A stretch of DNA of 36,842 nucleotides. Source: Macrostomum lignano. Its lineage: Eukaryota. Position 1 is the stretch's first letter. The number at the start of each line of letters is the position of its first letter. A program made the position numbers and the translations under genes. Positions 1 through 12,428 of this stretch are shown in pieces. The notes beneath the pieces were generated by a model, which was not told where the DNA came from, did no database searches, and saw nothing but the letters and a program-made list of their open reading frames with translations. The DNA lies in assembly GCA_002269645.1 (NCBI GenBank), contig NIVC01004045.1, forward strand, positions 1 through 36,842, written 5' to 3'.

Positions 1-1223
1 CTCTCCTAGAGCCCCTACCCCTCTCTCCCTAGAGCCCCTACCCTCTCTCCCTAGAGCCCTACCCTCTCTCCCTAGAGGCCCTACCCTCTCCCCTAGAGCC
101 CTACCCTCTCTCCCTAGAGCCCTGCTCTCTCTCCCTATAGCCCCTACCCTCTCTCCCTAGAGCCCCTGCTCTCTCTCCCTATAGCCCCTACCCTCTCTCC
201 CTAGAGCCCCTACCCTCTCTCCCTAGAGCCCTACCCTCTCTCCCTAGAGCCCCTACCCTCTCTCCCTAGAGCCCCTACCCTCTCTCCCTAGAGCCCTACC
301 CTCTCTCCCTAGAGGCCCTACCCTCTCTCCCTAGAGCCCTACCCTCTCTCCCTAGAGCCCCTGCTCTCTCTCCCTATAGCCCCTACCCTCTCTCCTAGAG
401 CCGCTACCTCTCTCCCTATAGCCCCTACCCTCTCTCCCTAGAGCCCTACCCTCTCTCCTAGAGCCCTACCCTCTCTCCTAGAGCCCCTACCCTCTCTCCC
501 TAGAGCCCCTGCTCTCTCTCCCTATAGCCCCTACCCTCTCTCCTAGAGCCCCTACCCTCTCTCCTCTAGAGCCCCTACCCTCTCTCCCTAGAGCCCTACC
601 CTCTCTCCTAGAGCCCCTACCCTCTCTCCTAGAGCCCCTACCCTCTCTCCCTATAGCCCCTCTCTTTCCGACCCCTACTCTTTCCTAGAGCCCCTACCCT
701 CTTGCCTATAGCCCGCTCTCTCTCCCTATAGCCTCTACTCTATTTCCCTAGAGCCCTACCCTCTTTTCCCTAGAGCCCATATTTTTCAGAGCCCCTACCT
801 CTCTCCCATTAGCCCCTGCTCTCTCTCCCTATAGCCTCTACTCTATTTCCCTAGAGCCCTACTTTCCTAGAGCCCTCCCTCTCTCCCGACCTACCCTCTC
901 TCCCTAGAGCCCTACCCTCTCTCCGCCTACTACCTAGAGCCTTACCCTCTCTCCTAGAGCCCCTACCCTCTCTGCCTAGAGCCCTACCCTCTCTCCCTAG
1001 AGCCCCTACCCTCTTTCCCTGAGCCCTACCCTCTTTCCTAGAGCCCTTCTCTGCCTAGAGCCCTACCCTCTCTCCCTAGAGCCCCTACCCTCTTTCCCTA
1101 GAGCCCTACCCTCTCTCCCTAGAGCCCTACCCTCTCTCCCTAGAGCCCCTACCCTCTCTCCCTAGAGCCTACCCTCTCTCCCTAGAGCCCTACCCTCTCT
1201 CCCTAGAGCCCTACCCTCTTTCC
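1..1223. repeat. Minisatellite, ~21-23 nt unit (CTAGAGCCCCTACCCTCTCTCC)
   Basis: Dozens of tandem copies seen directly, more degenerate in 660-1050; the array runs off the window start. Confidence 0.95.
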
Positions 1224-1743
1224 ATAAAGCTTGCGCTAAAATGGCAACTCCCGTAACTACAGCTTTACCCCAGCTAACTCACTCGGCATGTCAACTACAA
1301 TTAAGTTAAATGACAGTGTGCAGATGATCACGGAAACCATTTATTATACATTAATCAAAGATTAGTTTACACACTGATTGGCACAATACAGACAGAATAT
1401 AAAATAGGGCTTGGCGCACTGGTGACTAATAATAATATTAATTAGGTGTACTGCTATACAGTAGCAATTAGAGAATAGTGACAGAAGTCAATCTGGCGAA
1501 CCCGGGAACCCCCGCTGAGAGTCCTTCAATTACTGCAGCTGATTCAGCAGTGGCTGCTGGCCCTGCAGTCCCCGACATGCACGGGTACTGATGGCAAGTG
1601 TTTCCATTCATTTCTTGTCCTCTTGTTGTCTGCCCCTGGTCCCGTCTTCTATTCGCCTTTCTCTCCTGTATATCTCCTCAGAGTCTCTCTCACCCCTGCA
1701 TCTCCCTCTCCTCATCCGTAAGCCTCTTCTTTCCTCTCTCCTC

Positions 1744-2545
1744 CTCTACCTCTCCTCTCCACTCACTACCTCCCTCTCACTCACTACCTCTCCTCTCCAC
1801 TCACTACCTCTCCTCTCCACTCACTACCTCTCCTCTCCACTCACTACCTCTCCTCTCCACTCACTACCTCTCCTCTCCACTCATACCTCTCCTCTCCACT
1901 CACTACCTCTCCTCTCCACTCACTACCTCTCCTCTCCACTCACTACCTCTCCTCTCCACTCACTACCTCTCCTCTCCACTCACTACCTCTCCTCTCCACT
2001 CACTACCTCTCCTCTCCACTCACTACCTCTCCTCTCCACTCACTACCTCTCCTCTCCACTAACTACCTCTCCTTCTTCTCTCCACTGCCTCTGCTCTCCA
2101 CTCACTACCTCTCCTCTCCACTCACTACCTCTCCTCTCCACTCACTACCTCTCCTCTCCACTCACTACCTCTCCTCTCCACTACTACCTCTCCTCTCTCT
2201 CCACTGCCTCTCTCTCCACTCACTACCTCTCCTCTCCACTCAATACCTCTCCTCTCCACTCACTACCTCTCTCCCCACTCACTACCTCTCCTCTCCACTC
2301 ACTACCTCTCCTCTCCACTCACTACCTCTCCTCTCCACTCACTACCTCTCCTCTCCACTCAATACCTCTCCTCTCCACTCACTACCTCTCCTCTCCACTC
2401 AATACCTCTCTCTCCACTCACTACCTCTCCTCTCCACTCACTACCTCTCCTCTCCACTCACTACCTCTCCTCTCCACTCAATACCTCTCTCTCCACTCAA
2501 TACCTCTCCTCTCCACTCACTACCTCTCCTCTCTTCTCCCACTAC
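1744..2545. repeat. Minisatellite, 20 nt unit (CACTCACTACCTCTCCTCTC)
   Basis: Tandem copies seen directly; source of the spurious SSPLTT/LSTHY ORFs. Confidence 0.95.
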
Positions 2546-3031
2546 CAAAAATTAAAAAAACTATTATTTCCTAGCAATTAATATATGCATCATAAGTCAG
2601 GGGAGACCCTATTTAATAAAGCTGGCGTTGACTTGATCTCTGAAATGAAACCAAGCCCAATTAGCATAGGGCCAGCGGACAGACAAAGACACGCAGCGCG
2701 CAGCTACGAGCTACTTCGTACTATCAGAATATCGCGTTTCTCGATTCTTTTTCGAGACGGCTTTTCAATTCCCAGTCACGCTTCAAGCGCGAAGATCGGG
2801 TTGCTGAGGAAGCCGGAATGGCAACCCGACACTCAACTTGAATGGCAATCGGCATTTTCAGCTTGCATTTGGATATATCATTTAACAATCGTGTAGCACA
2901 CAAAAAAATGGATATAGAAAACACAAAAGAGCCTCAGAATTTATTCCCTCCGCGATAAACGTACAGTAATTAATAAGGAAAGTTTCATGCGACACAGCGG
3001 ATCCATAAGAGTTACATTTACTCTTCATCAG

Positions 3032-3173
3032 GGCCTTCCATCGACCAGCGGCCAGTCCATGGCCCAGTTCGCGGACACTGCTGCCGCCATCTGCCTCAGC
3101 CTCGGCCAGAACTCCGACGATGCGAGCCGACTTTGCGACCTGATCGACTGCGCCATGGAGTCACCTATCGGAG
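3032..3173 (+). CDS. TTC28: TTC28 orthologue, first recognisable coding exon (upstream exons not found)
   Basis: Acceptor ctcttcatcag|GGC, donor GAG|gtgcgt (phase 0 in, phase 1 out). QSMAQFADTAAAICLSLGQ..LIDCAMESPIG resembles TTC28 QYLGRHADALAAFASGLAQ..MVEAAMKSPMR (recalled alignment). Confidence 0.8.
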
Positions 3174-3179
3174 GTGCGT

Positions 3180-3897
<718 letters not shown>

Positions 3898-3899
<2 letters not shown>

Positions 3900-3904
3900 C
3901 TAAC
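3898..3904 (+). promoter_or_regulatory. Probable branch point TACTAAC
   Basis: Perfect TACTAAC about 13 nt upstream of the acceptor AG at 3918-3919. Confidence 0.6.
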
Positions 3905-3919
3905 TCGGTAAACTTGCAG

Positions 3920-4204
3920 ACCAGTTCAGAGCCACTCGAGCCCAGCTCAGCCAGCTGTCTATGGCCGAGAGTCCGTTCGTCATCACCGCCGCTATCGGCC
4001 AGGAGCTGGAGAGTCGCGGGCTGCACAAGCAGGCGGCGACGTGTCTGGAGAGCGCGCTGCGCCTGCCGACGGGCGGCGGGGCGGACTTCGGCAGGCTGAG
4101 GGCTTCGGTGATCAGCGCGCTGAGCAAGGCGCACTGGCTGCTGGGGAATCTCGACAGGGCGGTTTGCCTCATGCAGCAGGACCTGGCCACGGCTGAGAAA
4201 CTTG
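3920..4204 (+). CDS. TTC28: TTC28 orthologue exon 2
   Basis: aacttgcag|AC ... CTTG|gtcagt, phase 1/1. SPFVITAAIGQEL..LRASVISALSKAHWLLGN..MQQDLATAEKLG matches the TTC28 SPFVVVSVVGQEL..LRGSVFSALSSAYWSLGN..MQQDL motif. Confidence 0.9.
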
Positions 4205-4794
4205 GTCAGTTAACGATTCGATTTCAATTATTTTGTGATTTAATGAGTGCATGAGTGCTTTAGCTCAGTTCATGGATTCATGAGGTAGAGTTGTAAATCT
4301 GTCTGTCTAACTTTGAGTCGTAAATCTTTTTTGTTTCTGGGAGACTGAAAATTGAATTAAAAATTCAAGCTAGGTAGAACAAGTCCCTGAAAGCTCAGCT
4401 CCCAGCTCCAAGGATGAGCTGACAGAGGTCACTGTCAAGGTGATACCTCAGTACTCCATTCTATTCATGTTTTATTATTTCTAACCAAACCCACTGCTTT
4501 GTGCGTCTCTCAGCTGCGCTTGTAAACGGATCAACTTCAAATGGGGTCTGAATTTCCAGATTAAAAATTAACAAGGGTGATGTGCTTCTTACTCTTAGCC
4601 GACAGGAAGTTCAGACGTGGTTGAGCTCATCCTTTGATTTGAAATTAGAGTTTGCATGTCTGGCGTTAGTTAACTTTCTTCTGCAGTAAGGGACTCAATC
4701 TCCAATAAACTTTTTACTGGAGATTTAGGCTCAGGTCAGGAGGCTGCGCCTTTTTCAGTAGGAGAGTTTCGGAGAACAGGAAGAGGTGGAGAGA

Positions 4795-5285
4795 GATGGG
4801 GAGAGATGGGGAGAGATGAGAAGAGATAGGGAGAGATGGGGAGAGATGGGGAGAGATGGGGAGAGATGGGGAGAGATGGGGAAAAATGAGGAGGTGGGGA
4901 GAGGTGGGGAGGGATGGGGAAAAATGGGGAGAGGTGGGGAGAGGTGGGAGGGATGGGGAAAAATGGGGAGAGGTGGGGAGAGGTGGGGAGGAATGGGGAA
5001 AAATTGGGAGAGGTGGGGAGAGGTGGGAGGGATGGGGAAAAATTGGGAGAGGTGGGGAGAGGTGGGGAGAGGTGGGGAGGGATGGGGAAAAATTGGGAGA
5101 GGTGGGGAGAGGTGGGGAGGAATGGGAAAAAATGGGAGAGGTGGGGAGAGGTGGGAGGAATGGGAAAAAATGGGAGAGGTGGGGAGAGGTGGGGAGGAAT
5201 GGGAAAAAATGGGGAGAGGTGGGGAGAGGTGGGGAGGGATGGGGAAAAATGGGGAGAGGTGGGGAGAGGTGGGGACAGGTGGGGA
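4795..5285. repeat. G-rich decamer-based satellite (GGGGAGAGGT/GGGGAGAGAT with GGGAAAAAAT variants)
   Basis: Seen directly in TTC28 intron 2. Confidence 0.93.
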
Positions 5286-5898
5286 GAGAATAATGATGGT
5301 AAAAGAAAAAAATTGTTTGCTGATAAAAAAACGTCGGGTTATAGCAGCTGGTTATAACCGACTTAAAAGAGTCACCGACAGGTCAGAGGCAATTAAAAAG
5401 TGCGCAAAAGTGCAAAAAGCACAATAAAATATCTTTCTTCAGCATCTAACGCGAGTTTGACAAAGCGCTACGTGAAATGATTTCCTTATTTTCGTTTCTC
5501 TTTCTTTCGGTGTTGCCGAGGTCAGAGGTGGAGGGAGAAGTTTTGCGCAGACAAATTAAGAATTAATATTCGTGCCCCGGATCCAACTGCGCAGTAACTG
5601 GGCTCTGCTTTTTTTCAAAACTTATCCAAAGCTGCCAGTTCTTGATGCACCTCGTGTTTCGCGCAAATTATCATTCTTTTTAAGTGAGGCGCTGTTTGCA
5701 GTCTGTGGATTGGGTCGCCTGGACGTGTTACGACTTATCTTGCAACTGGGTCACCGCCGTCTGTAGCCAGAGGAAGTGGAATTATTTTTATAGAGAGAAA
5801 TTTTGTAGTAAAAAGCAGCGGCCTGGGTTTTATTGGCATTAGCTCTGACTCTTTTCTTGGCACTGCGATATTGCTGAGTCTGTTGTAGATGCTGGTCT

Positions 5899-6705
5899 GA
5901 GAGGAGAGGAGAGGAGAGGAGAGGAGAGGAGAGGAGAGGAGAGGAGAGGAGAGGAGAAGAGAGGAGAGGAGAGGAGAGGAGAGGAGAGGAGAGGAGATGA
6001 GAGGAGAGGTGAGGAGAGGTGAGGAGAGGAGAGGAGAGGAGAGGAGAGAGAGAGGAGAGGAGAGGAGAGGAGAGGAGAGGAGAGGTGAGGAGAGGTGAGG
6101 AGAGGAGAGGAGAGAGGAGAGGAGAGGAGAGGAGAGGAGAGGTGAGAGAGGTGAGGAGAGGAGAGGAGAGGAGAGGAGAGGAGAGGAGAGGAGAGGAGAG
6201 GAGAGGAGATGAGAGGAGAGGAGAGGAGAGGAGAGGAGAGGAGAGGAGAGGAGAGGAGAGGAGATGAGAGGAGATGAGAGGAGAGGAGAGGAGAGGAGAG
6301 GAGAGGAGAGGAGAGGAGAGGAGAGGAGAGGAGAGGAGATGAGAGGAGAGGAGAGGAGAGGAGAGGAGAGGAGAGGAGAGGAGAGGAGAGGAGAGGAGAG
6401 GAGAGGAGAGGAGATGAGAGGAGATGAGAGGAGAGGAGAGGAGAGGAGAGGAGAGGAGAGGAGAGGAGAGGAGAGGAGAGGAGAGGAGAAGAGAGGAGAG
6501 GAGAGGAGAGGAGAGGAGATGAGAGGAGAGGTGAGGAGAGGTGAGGAGAGGAGAGGAGAGGAGAGGAGAGGAGAGGAGAGAGAGAGGAGAGGTGAGGAGA
6601 GGTGAGGAGAGGAGAGGAGAGGAGAGGAGAGGAGAGGAGAGGAGAGGTGAGGAGAGGTGAGGAGAGGAGAGGAGAGGAGAGGAGAGGAGAGGTGAGGAGA
6701 GGAGA
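5899..6705. repeat. (GGAGA)n pentamer microsatellite
   Basis: Seen directly; source of the RGEE/SSPLL ORFs. Confidence 0.97.
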
Positions 6706-7261
6706 CCAGAGAAAGTAGGGAAAAGTTATTGAGAGAATGAATAAGACTGAATAGACTGGATATGACAGATAGAATGGACTGTTGCTACCCAATGTCAGAC
6801 TCGACCAAGCAAAATTGTCAGCCATCATGAGATCATGAGCATGTTAAACAAAGGACCCGTTTTTCGGCTCTCCGGCTTCCAAACTAGCTAGCAATATCCC
6901 ACCGGGATCAAGACAGAAAAGTGCTAACTGTATTAGCTAATCAACTGATTTCCCTGGAGTCACGCATCCCATCAGTGCGCCTGATCTTTTTTGTCGCTTA
7001 AAATCCCCATCGTTAAAGCCTCAGAGATCTCCAGATAGCGGTTCATAAGACAGATGGAGCCTCTGGATGCAGGGGTTCCTTGCACTCGGAGCAACTGGCC
7101 AAGCTTCCTTAAAGCACCTGTCAGTCAAAGGTCGCTTAGGGACTAACTTGCCTTCTTGGAAGCTCCTGGATAATTTTGTCCGCCCCATTCTGAACCGAAA
7201 TAGTTGTCCCCAGTTTGGGAAATCGGTGATGACAGCCGGGACTCTCGAGATTTGGGCTAGA

Positions 7262-7545
<284 letters not shown>

Positions 7546-8169
7546 TGAGTGGTGAAGGCCAGTGCTTCCAACTGGGATAAGCTTTTATCTCTCTGACATT
7601 TCCTAGCAATGTATTGCGCAACAGTGCACACTGCAATGTAAATATTTTCTCTTCGGGCCAGATTTTATACGACGAGAAAAAGATGGCTGGATGCCAAACG
7701 CACAAATGCATGGCAACTGGAACGGGACGGAAACTTCTGCAACTATAAAACCCCTTTTATCTCTGATGCATTTCTGGATAATGCAGAATTCTGCCTATGT
7801 TGCCATGGGAGACAAGGATTTATCACCCTCTCGAGGCTCCAGGGCAGCTATGCCGCAAGAGACCCAGCCTGACAGGAATTTCATGCTCGCTAGTTGAATG
7901 CCCAGACTAGAATTATAAAGCTGTCGATCAATTTAAAATTGCATTGAAATCTTGAAGGTGACAAGTAACCCAGAACTGCTGCATGTTAGCGGCGGTATTC
8001 CAGAGTTGTTAATTCTATTATTCACTGAGGCTCATAAATCACTCTGATCTGTGCATGCATGAGTCATGCAGCTCAACTGGGCATGGCAAATCCCAAATTT
8101 CACTTTGAAAAGGGGAAAAGCTGCCCTCAAGGCATTCTCAACCTAGTCTAGACTTGTACTCTAAACAGA

Positions 8170-8252
8170 CACCAAGACAGAAATTAGGACAGATTGGACA
8201 GACACTAGGACAGACACTAGGACAGACACTAGGACAGACACTAGGACAGACA
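8170..8252. repeat. 12-nt tandem repeat (GACAGACACTAG)
   Basis: Short array just upstream of the exon 3 acceptor. Confidence 0.85.
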
Positions 8253-8274
8253 GGCCTCTCAATCAACCCCGCAG

Positions 8275-8760
8275 GTGACGAGGCCGGCCAGTGCCGAGCG
8301 CACGGCAATTTGGGCGCGGCGCGCCTCCTTCAGGGCGACCGGTCGGCGGCGATGCGCCACGAGCGGCAGCGGCTCCGTCTGGCCGCTGGTCTCGGCCTGG
8401 ACGAAACGGTGGCGAAGGCGCTTTCGAGCCTCGGCCACCTGTACGCCGCGGCCGGCGACCCGGCTGGCGCGCTGGCCAGCCACCGTCGATGTGCCGATAT
8501 TTGGCGCGGCGCTGGGCGGCCGTTGGCGCAGGCGGCGGAGCTCGGCAGCATCGGCTGCCTACACCGGCAGCTCGGCAGGCCGGCCGAGGCGGCCAGCTGG
8601 CACCGGAGCAGCTGCGGCTGGCCGAGGCTGCCGGCAGCGCCGGGGAGCGGGCGCGGGCGCTGATCAACCTGGGTGAGGACGCGATGGCGGCCGGCCAGCC
8701 GGACGAAGCGGCCGAGCATCTGGCCGAGGCTCTTGCCGCTGCCGAGGCTGCTGATGGAAG
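8275..8760 (+). CDS. TTC28: TTC28 orthologue exon 3 (TPRs), with an apparent 1-nt deletion at ~8605
   Basis: ccccgcag|GT GAC GAG ... GGAAG|gtgaat. GQCRAHGNLG and KALSSLGHLY match TTC28 GECRAHGNLG and SALSSLGHVY. TPR sequence switches frame at WHR/EQLRLAE. Confidence 0.88.
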
Positions 8761-8784
8761 GTGAATGTCAGCGGCGGGTGGATG

Positions 8785-8968
8785 ATCTTAGGGGCGGATT
8801 TAGGATTTTATTAGGGGCGGATTTAGGATCTTAGGGGGCGGATTTAGGATCTTAGGAGCGGATTTAGGATATTATTAGGGGCGGATTTAGGATCTTAGGG
8901 GCGGATTTAGGATCTTGGGGGGGCGGATTTAGGGTCTTAAGGGGCGGATGTAGGATCTTAGGGGGCGG
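8785..8968. repeat. ~21 nt minisatellite (GATCTTAGGGGGCGGATTTAG)
   Basis: Tandem copies filling TTC28 intron 3. Confidence 0.9.
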
Positions 8969-9019
8969 AAAATTGTAATTGAATCTTTTAACTTCTCTCG
9001 CATTCGAAAATTCTACCAG

Positions 9020-9354
9020 CTCGGGGTCCCAGCAACCGGACAGCAAGGATCTCGAAGGCGCTGAGAACTCGGTCGACGCAGCCTTGCTTGTCGGTCGTGC
9101 CTGCGGCGCACTTGGCGAGTGCCGCCGTCTGGCCGGCCGGCTGTCCGAGGCGCGCGCGCTGCATGAGCACCAGTTGAGTTGCGCCCTGCGCGCTGTCAGT
9201 CGCGAACTGGAGACGGCCGCCTGCGGCGCCCTCGGCTGCATCTACGCTGAGCTGGGCGACCCCGAGTCGGCCCTGAAGCTGCACAAATCCCAGCTTAGGC
9301 TGGCCAGTCAGCAAAGGGACAAGCCGGCCATGGCCAAGGCGCTGGGTGGCATAG
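9020..9354 (+). CDS. TTC28: TTC28 orthologue exon 4 (TPRs)
   Basis: ttctaccag|C ... ATAG|gtatgt, phase 2/1 fits both neighbours. ALKLHKSQLRLA matches TTC28-type ALKLHKTHL. Confidence 0.88.
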
Positions 9355-9994
9355 GTATGTCCAAGTTCTTATGGATTTTCCATGGGTTTTTCATGGCATT
9401 TCCATGGATTTACCGTGGGAGTTCCTTCGTTTCCCATATATTTTCTGCTGGAAATCAGGATCTCTAAGGATTTTCAATAAAACTTCAGTGGTATTTGATA
9501 TAAGTATCTATTTATCTACATTTTTGCATACTCGGTATCAATTTTTGCATACTAGGTGTTGGCCTTAGTAAGCGGGATTCTTGGCTGGATTGAAGTTGAA
9601 CCTCAAAGTTAATGCCACAGCAAGCAATTGTCAACTTGGACAAGGAATATTGATGCAAACGCCATTTGCCCGTCAATTTGCAAAGCTCCCACAGTAAAAG
9701 CATTTCATTAGTCAGTTGAAAAAAACTGAAAATGCGAACAAATTCTGACTATCAATCCCACTGCTGGTCTTACTCGTAGTGATAATTCCTCCGAAAAGCA
9801 AATGCTATCCGTCTTGCAAGCAATTTCGTTATGGATGAAGATGACATAACATGATGAATGGCGGCAGTGCTGCATTCTTTCTGAAAAGCATTTACGTAAC
9901 AGATGAAAAAGTGCTACTAATCCAAGGCGGTTTTCAAACTTTCTAAATATTTTTAAAGATCTCTGGTTAAAAAAGCTTTGAATTAAACTCTACT

Positions 9995-10510
9995 GACCTC
10001 ACCCCATGGCCATAAACCCCCCCCCCCGCGAATGAAACCCTACCCATTCACCCACCTCCCTCCCTGGCCATAAACCCCCCCCGAATGAAACCCTACCCAT
10101 TCACCCACCTCCCTCCCTGGCCATAAACCCCCCCCCCGAATGAAACCCTACCCATTCACCCACCTCCCTCCCTGGCCATAAACCCCCACCCCCGGATGAA
10201 ACCCTACCCATTCACCCACCTCCCTACCTGGCCATAAACCCCCCGCGAATGAAACCCCAAACACTTACCCACCTCACTCCCTGGCCAAAAGCCCCCGCGA
10301 TCCTACCCACTCACCCACCTCACTCCCTGGCCATAAACCCCCGCGAATGAAATCCTACCCACACCCACCTTACTCCCTGGCCGTAAACCCCCCTTTCGAA
10401 ACAAACACTAAAACCCTACCCACTCACCCACCTCAGTCCCTGGCCATAAGGCCCCCGCGAATGAAACCCTAACCACTCACTCACCTCACTGCCAGGCCAT
10501 AAACCCCCGC
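9995..10510. repeat. ~50-55 nt minisatellite (CCCTGGCCATAAACCCCCCGCGAATGAAACCCTACCCATTCACCCACCTC)
   Basis: About 9-10 imperfect copies in TTC28 intron 4. Confidence 0.9.
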
Positions 10511-11279
10511 AAATGAATAAGGCTACCTGAACGCACCCATAGCATGATCGTAAATTATAAAATTTAATTTAAAAAATCAAGCAAAAATTAAGTTCAGATA
10601 AGTCGCTTCCAAAAAAAAACGATAACCCGAATCCCAAGTTCACAATTCCGCGTAAACCAGTGCTGGCAAACCAGTCCCAAAATTGCACTTAACGCCTCAA
10701 TTCATTGCTATAAATAATAATTGGTCGCGAAAAGTCACGAAAGCAGACGCAAACGTGATAGCAAATGCGAAGCAGTCTTGTCACACACTGTGACAACAGA
10801 ACAGCTGGATTTTGCACTCGATTGCGGTTAAACAAATGGCTGTTCGAAAATAACTCACTGCTCCCTCACGCCCCAGTTGAAGTCGCTCTCGAGCCACTAA
10901 AATCGCTAGAAAAACTTTTTTCCGACCGTTTTTTCCTTTATTTTTTCCTCTTTCCCACTGCGGCCTGCGACTGATGCAGCCGGACGAGATGCAAAAATCC
11001 AAGTTGAAACTTTTTCAACTGATTTTTTAGTTCACAAAAAAGCTTTCCGCATTCTTGGCCGTCTGGGTCTGAGTGGAGACAGGCTGGAACGTAACCATTT
11101 TTTTTCACGCAAATTTAGCCAGCCCCGACCGATTGCCAACTGCGACTGCCAATTTCGAATAATGGCAATGGTTGTTCAATTGAAAATATACTTTGCTAAG
11201 ATAGTATTACATGTGCTACTCTTCTACTGTAAGTAGCTAATGTAGAAAGCTATTGCAAAAGCAAATTCTTCGAAAGAAT

Positions 11280-11520
11280 TCGGGGGCGCCGAATCTAGCA
11301 TCAGGGAGGGGGGCGCCGAATCTACTCGTAGCATCAGAGGGGCGCCGAATCTTGCATCAGAGGGGCGCCGAATCTTGCATCAGAGGGGCGCCGAATCTTG
11401 CATCAGAGGGGCGCCGAATCTTGCATCAGAGGGGCGCCGAATCTACTCGTAGCATCAGAGGGGCTCCGAATCTAGCATCAATAAGCGCCATGTCTAGCAT
11501 CAATGGGCGCCGAACTGAGC
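11280..11520. repeat. 23 nt minisatellite (GCATCAGAGGGGCGCCGAATCTT)
   Basis: Tandem copies in TTC28 intron 4. Confidence 0.9.
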
Positions 11521-11673
11521 GTCAAGGACTCATAGGGTACGCTAAAATACGAATTAAGATATACCACAATAAAGCTAATTCCGTAATGAATGAAATTTAG
11601 AATGACCGATATGTATCGAAAACAATAATAGAGAGCCTACAATGGATGCACACGCCGCAATCTATTTATGCAG

Positions 11674-12164
11674 GCCAGTGCCAGCAGCGAATGCGGCGGT
11701 ACCCATCGGCGCTGCAGTACCACACCGAGCAGCTGGAGCTGCTTCAGGCTCTGGACGATGCGCCGGGCGAGTGCGCCTGCCACGGTCGGCTCGCCGCCTG
11801 CCAGCGCGGCCTCGGGCACCCCGACTTGGCGCGGCAGCACGCCGGACAGCAGCTGCGGTTGGCCAGGCAGCTGGGCGATCGGCGGGCCGAGTGCCGCGCC
11901 CTGGAGACGATCGGCTGCCTGGAAGAGGCGGCCGGCCGATTCGGACTGGCAGAGGCCGCGTTCGCCGACATGCTGACGGCCGCGCTGTCGCTGCCCTCGG
12001 CGACGTGCTCGGAGGCCAGGCGAGCTCAGCAGCGGCTCGGCTCGACCGCCTCGGCAATGGGGCGACACGCCGAGGCGGAGCAGCGCTACCGGACCGCGCT
12101 GGAGGCGGCCGAGGCGGCCGGAGACGAGATTGGAGTAGCTCGGGCCCGCAGCAGCCTGGGACAG
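11674..12164 (+). CDS. TTC28: TTC28 orthologue exon 5 (TPRs)
   Basis: tttatgcag|GC ... CAG|gtgcgc, phase 1/0. YHTEQLELLQALDDAPGECACHGRLA matches TTC28 YHTQELEVYQELSDLPGECRAHGHLA. Confidence 0.9.
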
Positions 12165-12428
12165 GTGCGCGCACTTCTAGGGTGCACTTTAAATGCACTT
12201 ATAGGGAGACTTACACTCAATGTACTTTAGCTTTTAATAGGACGGGGTGTACCTACCGGTTGATTAATAGTAGGCTTAGAGTGCGTACTTTTAGGCATAC
12301 TTGATTAAAGTAACACTAAAGAACACCCAACAAACTATTGGAGACTAAAAGACAACTAGAGTGCAAAAGCAGGTAGAAAAACAACATACGCTCGTAATTT
12401 CAAGTTTCATTATTTTTTTATTTTTCAG

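Noticed and set aside
1485-1600. GC-richer island that could be an upstream TTC28 exon or the last exon of another gene (EVNLANPGTPAESPSITAADSAVAAGPAVPDMHGY*)
   Set aside because: No recognisable homology, and no donor giving the phase 0 needed to join 3032.
1591-2574. 327-aa Ser/Leu/Pro ORF, and similar ORFs at 4786-5427, 5839-6828, 7257-7711, 16430-16946 and 30372-30831
   Set aside because: Translations of simple repeats that lack stop codons; they are open in several frames.
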